Below are positions 37,489-49,400 of a DNA stretch of 64,000 nucleotides, in pieces. Positions within the stretch are counted from its first letter, which is position 1, and every line of letters begins with the position of its first letter. The notes beneath the pieces were generated by a model. That model had not been told where the DNA came from. It ran no database searches and saw only the letters and a program-made list of their open reading frames with translations. Source of the DNA: Lepidodermella squamata (taxonomy: Eukaryota; Animalia; Gastrotricha); assembly GCA_047495785.1 (NCBI GenBank), contig JBLDXI010000036.1, forward strand, positions 124,001-188,000, read 5' to 3'. Position numbers and translations under genes: made by a program.

Positions 37489-40400
37489 TTCATTTATTTA
37501 TTCATTTATTTATTTATCTTCATTTGCAACGTTCTATTCCTGTTTAGCTCTTCTAATCCTCTTCTGGACAACGGTGTCCTGAGATTATCGGGTCACTCGA
37601 TAATTCCTAATTCTTATTTCTTCGACATTTTTGACACTCCTTTGGTTTCGAGATTTGTTCAAATTCCTATTTGTTCGGCTTTTTTGACACTCCCTTTGGT
37701 TTTGAGATTTGTTCAATCTCCTGTTGAATCCTTCTTCCAATGCCCTTCTCGACGACCTCGCTGGTTGGTGATTGTTTGACAGTGCTAATCGTCTTTAAAT
37801 TATTTCCTCGGGTCTGTCGATAATTCCTAATTACTATTTGTTTGAAATTGTTGACGCTCATTTTGGTTTTGAGATTTGTTCTATCCTCGTTGGTTGGCGC
37901 ATTTTTGACAGTGCTAATCGTCTTGAGATTATTTCCTATTTCTTCGGCATTTTGAGAAGTGTTCAGTCCATGACAATTGAATCCTTGATTAGCCGATCTG
38001 ATTAGCCGCGAGCGGACGCGCGCAACTTATAGATAATGATGTGATTAGTTCTTATCCGCTCGATTGGCAGATGCCCATTTGCTCCTTGTCAGGTCGCCTT
38101 ATATAAGGACTCGTATTACTACTCTTAAGTGTAATCATTTCTTACGCATTAAGTTATACTACGTTTTTCTGTTGAATTATTTTCATTAAACATAATGCCG
38201 ACCAAGTCAACTGCCTATAAATTAAAGCGTGTGTCGCGACCTCGCAATGTCATCGCTACCCGCGTGCTGCGAGTTCAGCGCTCGAACCGCAAGTCGATCC
38301 GCAGTTGTTATTCAAGTCTAGAATCTCGGTCATTTGATGATGTCCCTCCTTCGCGTCCTACGTCACGAATCGACGCCCCGCCGCCGACCATCGATGCGTA
38401 TATTTCCGAGATCAAAAGGAAACCGGTGGTTCGCATCCTGTCGATAAGATCGTTGGCTAGTCTCGGTCTCTACAACTCAAACAATTTCGATGTCAACACC
38501 TTCGAGTGTAACCACCTCGACTACACCTCCACTGCTCCAACTCAGACTCCTCCTCAGTCGCTTATATTCGAGCCTGTTGCCTCCGACGTCGACCTCAGCT
38601 GCGAGTGTTGCCTTGCCAAGTTCGAGCCTACAATTTTCATCGAAAACGAACAGCTCGCCTGCGACTATTTATGTTGATGTTTCACGATCATACCCTGCAT
38701 TTTATTTTTCAAATAAATTTTTGTCCGTTTTATTCAACGCTTTTTTTTTTATTCATCTCAGTGTGTAATAGTTGAGTCAAGACTTGTTTCGCTCCTGTTT
38801 TTTTTTTTGTATCCTATTCGTTGTCGATTCGTACCTGTTTCGTCCTGAGCTATCATCCGCGGAGATTGATTTTTTTTCTTCAGTTATTAGGAAAAGAAGG
38901 GAAAGGAAAGGAAAGGAAAGGAAAGGAAAGGAAAGGAAAGGAAAGGAAAGGACAGGAATGGATAGGTAAGGAAAGGAATGGAGATTAGGATTGTGGTATC
39001 CAACTTAAAAAATGATATTATAAAGGTCAAGGTCGACCTTGTCTTCGTTTTAATTTTTATCTGCGGTATCGAATCCTCCTCTTATCCCACTGGTTCGCCG
39101 TATTAGGGCCCTGAAGCAGTGTGCGAAGTAAGAACCGGGGGTTGAGGTGCTTTTTACTTGTTATCTAGGACCCAGCCGTAGAAACCAAAGGGTCCCCCAG
39201 TGGTTTTTTCAGCCTTCCTCTGAATGTAGTCCTAGAGCTGGGTTGTCGCGACATCCCAGCATCCCGGTACTTCGCACACTGCCCCGAAGCTTTCTATTCA
39301 AAAACGATAATAAAATCTCAGTTTCACGGTACTTATCAACGATTACGAGTTATGCCATTACATTTATGAAAATATTTTTTCTGGAATTTAAACTTTGATT
39401 TTTTACGCCCTGGCACAATCAACAACTTTCGATCATCGGGATTTTTTTAGCTACTTTTCGAATATCTCGACGACCTTGTGAAGGCCTTGGGATGATGAGC
39501 CTGGTATCGTGGAAAGAGCGCAAAAAGTTGTCCCAGGACACAAATTATCAATAAATTACAAAAATGACGTTTTTCAGAATATCGATTGGAAAATGGGTCG
39601 ATTTTACATGCGTTTAGCTATGCCCACAAGGCTCAAATAAAACGCACAAAAACGTGGCGCTGCACATGGTGACCTTTGCACCCTAACATTCTGACACTAT
39701 GGCAGGATCGTAAGCTTCCGATATTTATTATTATCTATGGTACCCCCCCCCCACCCTCCCCCCACCCCCTCTTCCCGTTCAGCAAGCCAAAGTGGAAAAC
39801 CCCCAAAAAACCACAGGGGGGCCCTTTGGTCATAAAATTAGAGCCAGAAAATACCCTCTACCCTCTACTCAGAGGGTCCTACTTTGCGCACTGTTACGCA
39901 AGGAGAAGCGTAGAAGAGCTCTGGGAGAAGGTTCGACACATCGACCGTTTGAATTTTATACGTAAATACCAATATCTCTAGATCGTAAATATGCTGTTTA
40001 GTCTTTTTGATAAGAATTATGAATCATGACATCCCGGGATTTGGTTTTAACATAATGAAAACTCACGTGTGGGTTGAATGTCTCGCAAATAGCGCTTTTC
40101 GACTTGGCATCGCAAAAGTGGTCGTTCAAATAGAAATTCGTTGCGTAACCATCGCGACCTGAATATTGAGTATACTCCGCGCATTTGTCATTGCCCGGCT
40201 CGCCTGGCCCCCACTGCTGGTTCAGCGCCGTGAAATTTGAGCCATCAATCCAGTAGTAAGCACCTGAGAACTTGCTCAAGCCAGTCCAGCCAGACGGGAA
40301 CCCTGAAGCTGCTAGGGCTGATCGAACGTCTTCCTGTTCTTGCGAAGTTTTAACAGTAGCAAGCTGCCCAGAATTCGCCAAACAGAGGTCCCTAGCTTCA

Positions 40401-43400
40401 TCGCGGCTGATATCACTGGACTTATTAGCTATGAAGAACCTCTTCTCAAACGTGTTGCAGACCAAATCGGATAAAAATACGTTATCGAGAGGGAAGGTAA
40501 CCTCGTCACGATTGCATCCATCAGACGCTAGTCTACAGGTCACCTTACCTCCATTCGATTTCGCAACGCATCTCAAATATCCATCAGCCTGGAAAATTCA
40601 GATAATTTCGAGAATTTAGTTTGCTATTAAACTCACTGGTGGGGGAACGTAAGGTGTATACATTTCGCAGACAGCTGCATCGTATGCGTCCGAGCAAGGT
40701 ACGTCATTGAGGTAGAGATCTGAAGGCTGAGATTCCGCCTCGCCGTACTCTTTGTAAACACCACACGAGCCATCGCCTGAAGGCTCGTTGACACCCCATT
40801 GCCATTTAAGGGTGTTCAGAGGTAATCCATTGATCCAGCGTTTAGCGAGCCCCACCCAAGCCTGCTTAACAAATTGCTTTACCATGAGGCTTCGAACTAG
40901 ATCCTGCTCATTAGCCGTCGTTATCGAAGCTAGCTGGCCGGATTTCTCAGAACACAAGGCATTTGCTGCGTCCCACTGCTTTGGCGAGTCGAATTTCAGT
41001 ACAAAAAGTTGTTTCGATAAATTCTGGCATGACGCTGTGTTTTCGTAAGTAGCATTCGACGGGTAGGGGATTTCATCGCCAATACAGCCAGGGGGTGTCG
41101 CACGACAGCTGACTGAGCCAGTTGACATTGAAACACAACGAGCCTTCGACAAGCCGGCCTTTGATAAAAAAGAAAGATGAAATAATTAGCGTTGGAAAAT
41201 GTTGGAAATCAGGGCGCGAAGTACGGGGGGAATGAGGGGTATCGGACCCTCAGTTCGGCAAGCCAAAGTGAAAAAACCCTAAAAAACTTAAGGGTCCCTT
41301 TGGTCATAAAATTGGGGCCCGAAAATACCCCCTAGTTCGAGGATCCTACTTCGCGCACTGTTGGAAATTATCGGAAAATTAACCCTTAGCCGCCGGCGCA
41401 ATGACGTGTTAACTCGAGCACCTTTCATAAAATCCCAGAAAATCAAGAAGAGGCTAAAATCAAATTCCGAGTCGGCAGAAAGTCTTACATTTAGCCTTAG
41501 ATTGAAAGCCGAACCTCTTTTTCAAAAGAAAGCCGTTGCTATGACATGTTAACGCGTTTTCATGACGTGTTAACAAGTCATTAAAAATTTTTCTCACTTT
41601 TTTCGACCTGTTCGGAATGGCTTTGAAAATTTGGATTTTCAGGAAGAGCTTGTTTCTTGCTATTGATTCATCTTAATTTATGACGCAAAAATGGGTTCGA
41701 TAGCCCAAATCCTACGACCACGGTAAATTTTCTCCGGAATTAACGCGTGTACACGTCTTCGGCGGCTAAGGGTCAACAAGAGAAAACAATAGTGACTACG
41801 CATTTTCTAAAGGTTTAGCAAACCTCCCCTCCCATATCTTCTACGTAATTTCTTAGCGCTCAAGATTGTACTTACCGCAGGTGGTGGTTCAGCGAAAGTT
41901 TCACAAAGAGCGAAGCGTCTCTGATCGCCACAATTGACGATTCTTGGATATATATCGGCTGGTCGGTCATTGGAAGGATACATCAACTCAAGGTTGGAGC
42001 AAGAACCATCTCCGCTTGGCGAGAACAAGCCCCAGGGTGTGGAGATACTGTTGTAATCTTCGCCATCGATCCAGCGCAATTGAGAGGCTTTAGTTAGACC
42101 AATCCAAGCTGTAGTTGTTGAATTCGAAGCTAGAATTTTCCGAGCTTGAGCTAACTCGGCAAATGTTTTGATAGTAGCCAGCTGCCCGTTCCGGTATTGG
42201 CACTGACCGTTCGCGTCATGCCAGCCAGTTTCCTTGCTCATCTCGAGCAGAAAAAAGGATTTCATCGCGTTGTTGCATTCTTCAGCACTCGAGAATGAGG
42301 TGTCCAAGGGCACTGTTACTTCATCTCGGAGGCAGCCAACCGGCCATGGCCGACAGGTAACAGCACCGTTAGCTGATCGCGAGACACATCGAGCGTAACC
42401 AATCTGAAATAAACGAGGTTTAATGAACACTTTAACAGCCAAAAATTGACTGCGTAATCCGATATTTGGATACAAATCCTAGATCTGTCAAAAGTCCTGT
42501 TTTCCGGGTCAACGATGCGTCGAAAGGCGAAATGCTTGACGGCAAAATGTAGGCGATGACCCGGTGGTACTTTCGACACTGAACACGGGGCCAAAGACTT
42601 CAAGAGACACACAGAAATCAACTTGTAAAAACAGTCAAATTGCGATTGTTGCGCCAAAATCTGGGTCTAATAATTCGTTCCGATTCTTGGGTCTAATTTT
42701 TGGCCCTAATCCAAAATTTCGACGTTATTTCACAGTAATTTTCAAAGCCCTGCTCAGACATTGTGGCCCCAAATTCGGTGTCAAAGAACCTACATTTCGC
42801 CGATCATATTCCCTTATCTTTCACCATAAAATTATACGGGTTCAGAGGTCGAAATAGTGTGAAAAAGGGGTATGCCTCTAAGGAAAAATCGTTAATCAGC
42901 TCAATAATTAAATTGATAAAAAATAATAATTCGAAATCGAACCAGGGTATTCGATGGGCGGAAGGTCTCGCAAATGGCGCTGTTTGAAGTGCTATCGCAG
43001 AAATGATCGTTCATGTACAAATTCTCGTGGAAATCAGCTTGGCTTCCGTATCGTGTATACTCAGCGCAGTCATCGTTCCCAGGCTCTCCAGGGCCCCATT
43101 GTTGGTACAAGGCGAAAAAATCACTGTTATCAATCCACTTCAAAACTTCAGATGATTTTTGAAGACCAGCCCATCCCGATGAGATTCCGGCGCTGAACAG
43201 CAATGCTCGAACTTGGTCCTGTTCGTCTGCTGTTTTGACAGTAGCAAGCTGACTCGATTGTTCCGCACACAACTGCCTCGCTGCATCACGGTTCAATGGA
43301 GAGGACGCGTTGGCAATGAACATTTGCTTCTTAACAGTACTGCATTTGATTCTAGTAGAGAAAACGGTATCGGATGGGTAGGCTAGCTCGTCCGAGCGGC

Positions 43401-46400
43401 AGCTATCGGGCCGACATGTTACTATGTCACCATCCGCTTTTTTCACACAGCGGAAATAATTAGTCGACTGCAAAAATATCACAATTCGTATTACATCGAT
43501 GAAGTTTCGAAATTTTGAAGCTAACCTGTGGAGGCTGAGATTGAAACGTTTCACAGAGGGCAAACGTTTTCTCGGCGATGCAATCCTGCATCTGGATTTG
43601 GTAACCCTCTGGCTGAACCCTCAAGAACTCGATACTTGAACATGAACCATTAGTGGATTGGTCGATCAAGAGTTGTGGTATTTGCGTGAAGTTTGACCCG
43701 TCAATCCAGCGCAAAATAGTTGTTTTCGTTAGACCAACCCAGGCGGATTCGGCTGATTCATCCCGCAGCAGCTCGCGAGCCATTTGAAGTTCATCAAACG
43801 ATTTAACAGTAGCCAACTGGCCGCCTTGCGACTGGCACAGGCCATTTGCGTTGTGCCATGAAGTTGGTTTGCCAGGCCTTAGCAGGAAGTAATGTTTGCT
43901 CGCCCCTAGGCAGTCAGTCTCGTTGGCGAAAGCTGTTCCGCGTGGAGTTGTGGCTTCTTCCCTCAAGCAGCCAGCAGGTAATGATCGACAGTTGACAAGC
44001 CCGTTTGAAGCCCGAGAAACACATCGAACATAGCCAGTCTAAGAAGTAATATCCAGAGAATAAATATTTTTCAATCAGTCCGGTCGAAAAATAGTAAGAG
44101 ACAATGGACAACAACACATTTTTAATACAGCCAAAATTATTCAAATATTGCATATTAAATCCCTACTTATGCAAAAGTCACGAATTGAGAGTAAATTTTT
44201 TATTTTGATAAATAGTGAAGGTACGGCGACAAAACAGCAACTTCGCAGAACGGCGAATGAGACAAACCAGCAAATTATTAATATTGCGACAAAACAGCAA
44301 AAACTTACAATGTAAAAGATGCGTCATGTTTCTGCTGTTGTGTCGCAAGTTGAAAAGTTGCTGTTTTGTCGCGTTTGGGTATAGAGGTACCGCGATTAAA
44401 AGTGAAAGCTCGGCACAAACCGGCGGGCCGGACCCATAAATTCAGACGAGGTCCGGGTTAACCCGGGTTTAACCGCGGTTAACCGAATTAACCGTTATGA
44501 ATTGGAAAATTCTAAAAAAATCTATCAAATCGACTATCCTATTATGAATATTCGATAATTCGGTATGCAAGGTGTGACAAAATGGATTGAAAATTCGGAA
44601 TCAGCGCAAAAATTACCCTAGAACCGACTTGTAATTATCAGAGAACGAATGATAGGGGTTATAAATCATGGAATCTCGTTTCACTTTCGGTTTTTACTTC
44701 CGGTATTCATTATAATTTCTTAAAAACCTAATTTTATTAACCAAGATATACTTACACCAGAAGAAAATCACCCTATTTTGGGTGATAAAAAATAGGACTT
44801 GTGAAATCCCCTCAATTATTGTGAGTATCCTAATTCATGGATTTTCGAAATCGGAATTCATGCCCAAAATCACCCCAATTCATCTACAAAAATGCTGTTA
44901 TTTATCTACTGAAAGCATCATCGTGTGATCATTTGAGCGTTTCAGAAAAAAATTACATGCAATTTGATCGGAGAAAAAAAATTAGAACGCTCAAATGATC
45001 ACACGATGGAATTCAGATCTGTACCAAAACTCGATAAACTATGGTGATATTTTTTCTGGTGTACTCATGAGACACACGGTAACCCAAAGTTTTTGATCTC
45101 GCAGTATTTAATGTGGGCGTGTGTCCAGTCTCTATTTTTGAAACTATTGCTTACCAGAATAGCCTGCGTTGGGGCGTAAGTTTCACAAACCGCTGCTGCA
45201 TGCCATTGGTTGCAAACCACGTCCGCAAGATACAGGTTTGTATGATAATCGCCATCTGTTGCTGCCATGCCATAAGTCGCGCAGTTTTCTGAATATTGAT
45301 CCTCTAGCCATGCTAGGGCACCCGGCTCTCTTGGTCCCCATTGTTGAGGTAAGGCAACGAAGTTGCTGCTATCGGGCCACGTAAAAACCCCGTTGATTTT
45401 CATCAGACCCACCCAAGCGTGTTCAAGCGATCGCGCGAATAACAATGCTCTCAGCTGATCTTGTTCATCAACGGTTTTGATAGAAGCTAGATCGCCAGAT
45501 TTCGAGGAACAGAGGGATCGCGCTGTGTATTGATCGATAGGATCTTCGGATGTTACAATGAATAGCTTTTTCTCGGCATTCAGGCACTCATCTGCGCTGT
45601 TGAACACGGCGTCGAGTGGGTAGGTGACTTCATCTTTGCGACAGCCTGTTGAAGCAGCTCGGCAAACTTCACCGCTACCACCAGCCACACAGCGAACATA
45701 ACCGTCCTAGAACCAAAGATAGAAACACGAAAATTTAGGACGAAAGGCGAAGAGGAGGAAAATCTGTTTGATTCAATTTCATTCTAAATTTTGTAAAATT
45801 TTAATAATTATAAGGTTTTCCACCTCACGTTTTTCCGTTGAAGAATCGCTGATCAACCTTACGATCCACCGTAAAAATTGGATCAGCAATTCTTCCAATT
45901 GTAAATTTCTGAGAATAAGGATTAGCTTAATGTCAATCAAATTTTTCTCTCGAAAAATTAGGGTATAAGATTACCAGCGCTGATCCACGAATTGTGTATT
46001 TTTCGCAGACGGCTCGGCCGTACAAGTAGTAGCAACTGCTGCTGACGAGGTAAAAACCGGCGGCGAAAGACATTGTACCCGGCCTGAAATCGTATATTGC
46101 GCATTTTTCGTAATCGATCGGTTGCCGTGGTCCCCATAGCAGTGTGAAATTTCCTAGCGGAGACCCATCAATCCAACTTGTTGTAGCTGTTCTGTAGAAT
46201 CCAACCCATGTCCCATGAGGGTAGTAATCTTTGAATAATCTGCGAACAATCGCTTGCTCAGTTGCACTGTTGATACTTGCAAGCTGCCCTGATTGTTTAG
46301 CGCATTCAGCGTTCGCATCTGTGGAAGACTTCATTTGGCCGGCAAAATCTAAAATATAGAGCTCTTTGTGCAGGCTAAGGCATTGCGTTTCGTTGTCGTA

Positions 46401-49400
46401 GGATTCGTTCGCTGGGAAAGGAAGCTCATCGCTGAGACACCGCTGTCGGCATGACGCTTCACCACTTGACACTGATACGCATCTCATGAAGCCAGACTAT
46501 TCGGGTGAAAGACAAAGTCTGAATAATACATCATTTTCACAGTCACCGATTTTCAACACTAACCCCTGAATCAGGTCCTGATCAAATCCTATGCATAATC
46601 CTGACCCTAAAAGTTATGGCTAGGCATTATATGAGACCCGCCAAGCGATTTCGGCCCAATCTTGGTCTTCAATCCCTCAAAAAGTGGGTGTTGTACACTA
46701 GTGATCATGCGTCAGACGTTGTCTTTTCAGATGATTAATGAGGGCCGAAATCACTTGACGGGTCTCATATGGCTAACCCCAATCTCTAATGAATTTCCAA
46801 AATCCCTGACCTTATTCTGACCTTATAGAGAAAAAGTGACCAGAATAAGCACTCAAGCTAAATTTTGATCTGCATTATTATAGAAGTGCTTTCTCAAAAC
46901 TAATACAGTGCGACCTTCTCTTTCACGTGGTATAAGATTTTAGGAGGGCAATTGCCGCTTAGTCTCAAAGTCATCAAAATAAATGAACATACGGGCGCCG
47001 TCTTTCACAAACTATTTTTACAAAATGTGTGTGATTTGAGATTTGAGACAATGGTCGCCATCCGTAAAAATCATTCTAGAACGCTGAAAACAGGTCTATA
47101 AGAGAAACTTTTTGAGCTAACTGGTCGAAAACTGGGCCCAAATGACATAACAAAATTTAAATCGCCGAATTTTGAGTTGAAAATGTGATTTTCGGAATCA
47201 GCGATTTGTTTAACCTTAGAAAGTGTTGAAAATTTCTCACTTTTCTGAATTTGTGAAAGACGGCGCACGTATGAAACCATAGTGGAAAATTCTATCGTAA
47301 CAAAAGCTGGGTTGCCTACCCCAAATCTTATATCACGTGAAAGAGGAGCTCGCGTTCTACATGCAAAATTTGGTTAAAACAGAGATACCCGTTTTGAGAA
47401 ATTCAACTTTGAATACGAATGACGATTTTGAAAATTTAGCCTGAGTGCTTACTCTGCCATTTTTGTCTCTACAGCGTGTGCCAGAAGTTGCGCAACTATT
47501 TTTTAATTCGGCAACTTTTTTGTAGGAAATTAAACGAACTCTGATCATTGTTGTCTCTACGCCTGGCTTCTAGCCCTAACCCTGAAATCCAACTAAGCCA
47601 TAACCTCTGCATAATCCTAACCCTAACCCTAACTAAATTCCAAGATTGTCTGTTCCAACACTGACTTCACTATTTCTGAACTTCCTAAACTCTAGATCCT
47701 AAAGCTATTCCCGAACCCCAACCAAGCTCGAGCCGAATCCTCTGCATAATCCTGATCTTGACCCTAACCTCAATCTCAAGCTCCTATCATCGAGATATTA
47801 TCTTTTCCCAGATTTACTGCAGTGCTTTCGTAATTCGGAATTCCTGAAGTCTGACCCTAACCCTAATTATTTTGCTAGTTATAGATGACGATTTCTTCCC
47901 TGCTAAACGGAAAACAAAAATCGAACTTCCTTACTGAAAGTTGCTGAACTACGTATGTTTCGCAGACAGCGTAGTTCATGTAATCTCTACACTCGGAATC
48001 CGCAAAGTAGTAACCATCCACTGTCATATCCGTATAGTGCATGTTGCCGTAAGAAAAGCACGTCCAGTAATCGACGTGTAGCCGAGGGGAGCCAAGTAGC
48101 GGTGATATCGACGAATACTTCACGCCATCGATCCATCGCAGTTCGGAATTAAATTTAACCAGGCCGACCCAAGCCGAGCGCACGTTTTCTGCCGACAACA
48201 AATTGCTAGCATGCCTAAGTTCACTAGCTGTTTTCAAAGTTGCAAGTTGGCCACCCTGCGACCGACATCTTGCATTTGCTCCGTTCCAATCAAGGCCATT
48301 GTTTAGGCTCAGTAGGAAAATCTTCCTTTCGGCTCTCAAACAATCAGCTTCACTAGCGAAGGATTTTCCAACAGGTAGCGCGACTTCATCCCTCGAACAG
48401 CCGATAGACCACAGCCTGCATGTAACGGCACCCTCGGCCGATCTCAAAACACAGCGAGCATAGCCATCCTGTTGAAAACGAATAGTTCAAACTGGAGAAA
48501 TATACTGAGAAAACCACTTACAGGTCTGTTATAAGCCGCGAATGTTTCACATATCGCATTCCTAGCAGATCCGAAGCAATAGTAGTTTCGCGTCAGGTAC
48601 GCGTTATCTGGCAAATCTCCCAGTATCTGGTTTCGGGAATATTTCAAACACTGGTAATCAGTGATTGGCCCATTATTAGGCCCCCATTGATCACTTAGCG
48701 CTGAGAAGTCACTGCCATCGACCCAGCGAATATCGTCATCGCTTTGCAGTAAGCCAACCCAAGCATCTTCATAGAAATACGTCGAATCAGTAAACATAAG
48801 GTCCCGCAATTCCTCCTGCTCGTCGGCTGTTTTAACTGTTGCCAACTGCCCTGATTTCGCCGCACATTCATCGTAAGCCTCGTCGTACGTCACAGAGCCG
48901 GCTGATGGGAATGCTTTGAACAGCTGTTTCTTCGCTCCGATGCATTCTTGCTCACTTGTGAATCGCACGTTCGGTGGAAATATGACTTCGAACTGCCCGC
49001 AACCAGGCGAAATCGGTCGGCAAGCAACGATTCCGCCTCGTCTTCTCGCAACGCATCGAACGTAAGTTGTCTACAAAAAATTGTATTTTAATAAATTTTT
49101 CGAATAAAGAGGCTTTCAATGTGGTCTGTATCCTAAAGAAGCACAAAGCAATAAGAGACCCCTTTTCAGATAAATCGGAACATGGATAACCTATAGGATT
49201 CGGAATTCGGAACTACAAACACCCAAGCGTAAAATAAAATAAACAATGATATAAATAATATACTTAATATTCCAATCATAGTCAAATAATAAGAGGCTGG
49301 AAACTCAAGCCATTTCAATACTGCCGAAATTGTTTTGTTTAAGGAGATTTTCAAGGAAATTTCCCAGGATTGGCCCACACTATATCCTGGCATTTCAACG

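Larger units (their letters stand above)
21312..39100. mobile_element. Polinton/Maverick (adintovirus-like) endogenous virus, left-truncated, inside an intron of lectin gene B
   Basis: Cluster of penton, double-jelly-roll MCP, adenain protease, A32/FtsK ATPase and protein-primed PolB. The left edge is cut inside the penton next to a hAT MITE. The right boundary is approximate (38770-39110). No integrase, TIR pair or 6-bp TSD was found. Confidence 0.93.

Noticed and set aside
37267-37779. 170-aa hydrophobic ORF (FIYLFIYL...) as a membrane protein
   Set aside because: It is a translation of the (ATTT)n microsatellite and adjacent repeats, with a non-ATG start.
38770-39120. A defined right TIR of the Maverick
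   Set aside because: There is no left counterpart to pair with, and no clear terminal AG/CT-type repeat or 6-bp TSD, so the boundary is left approximate.
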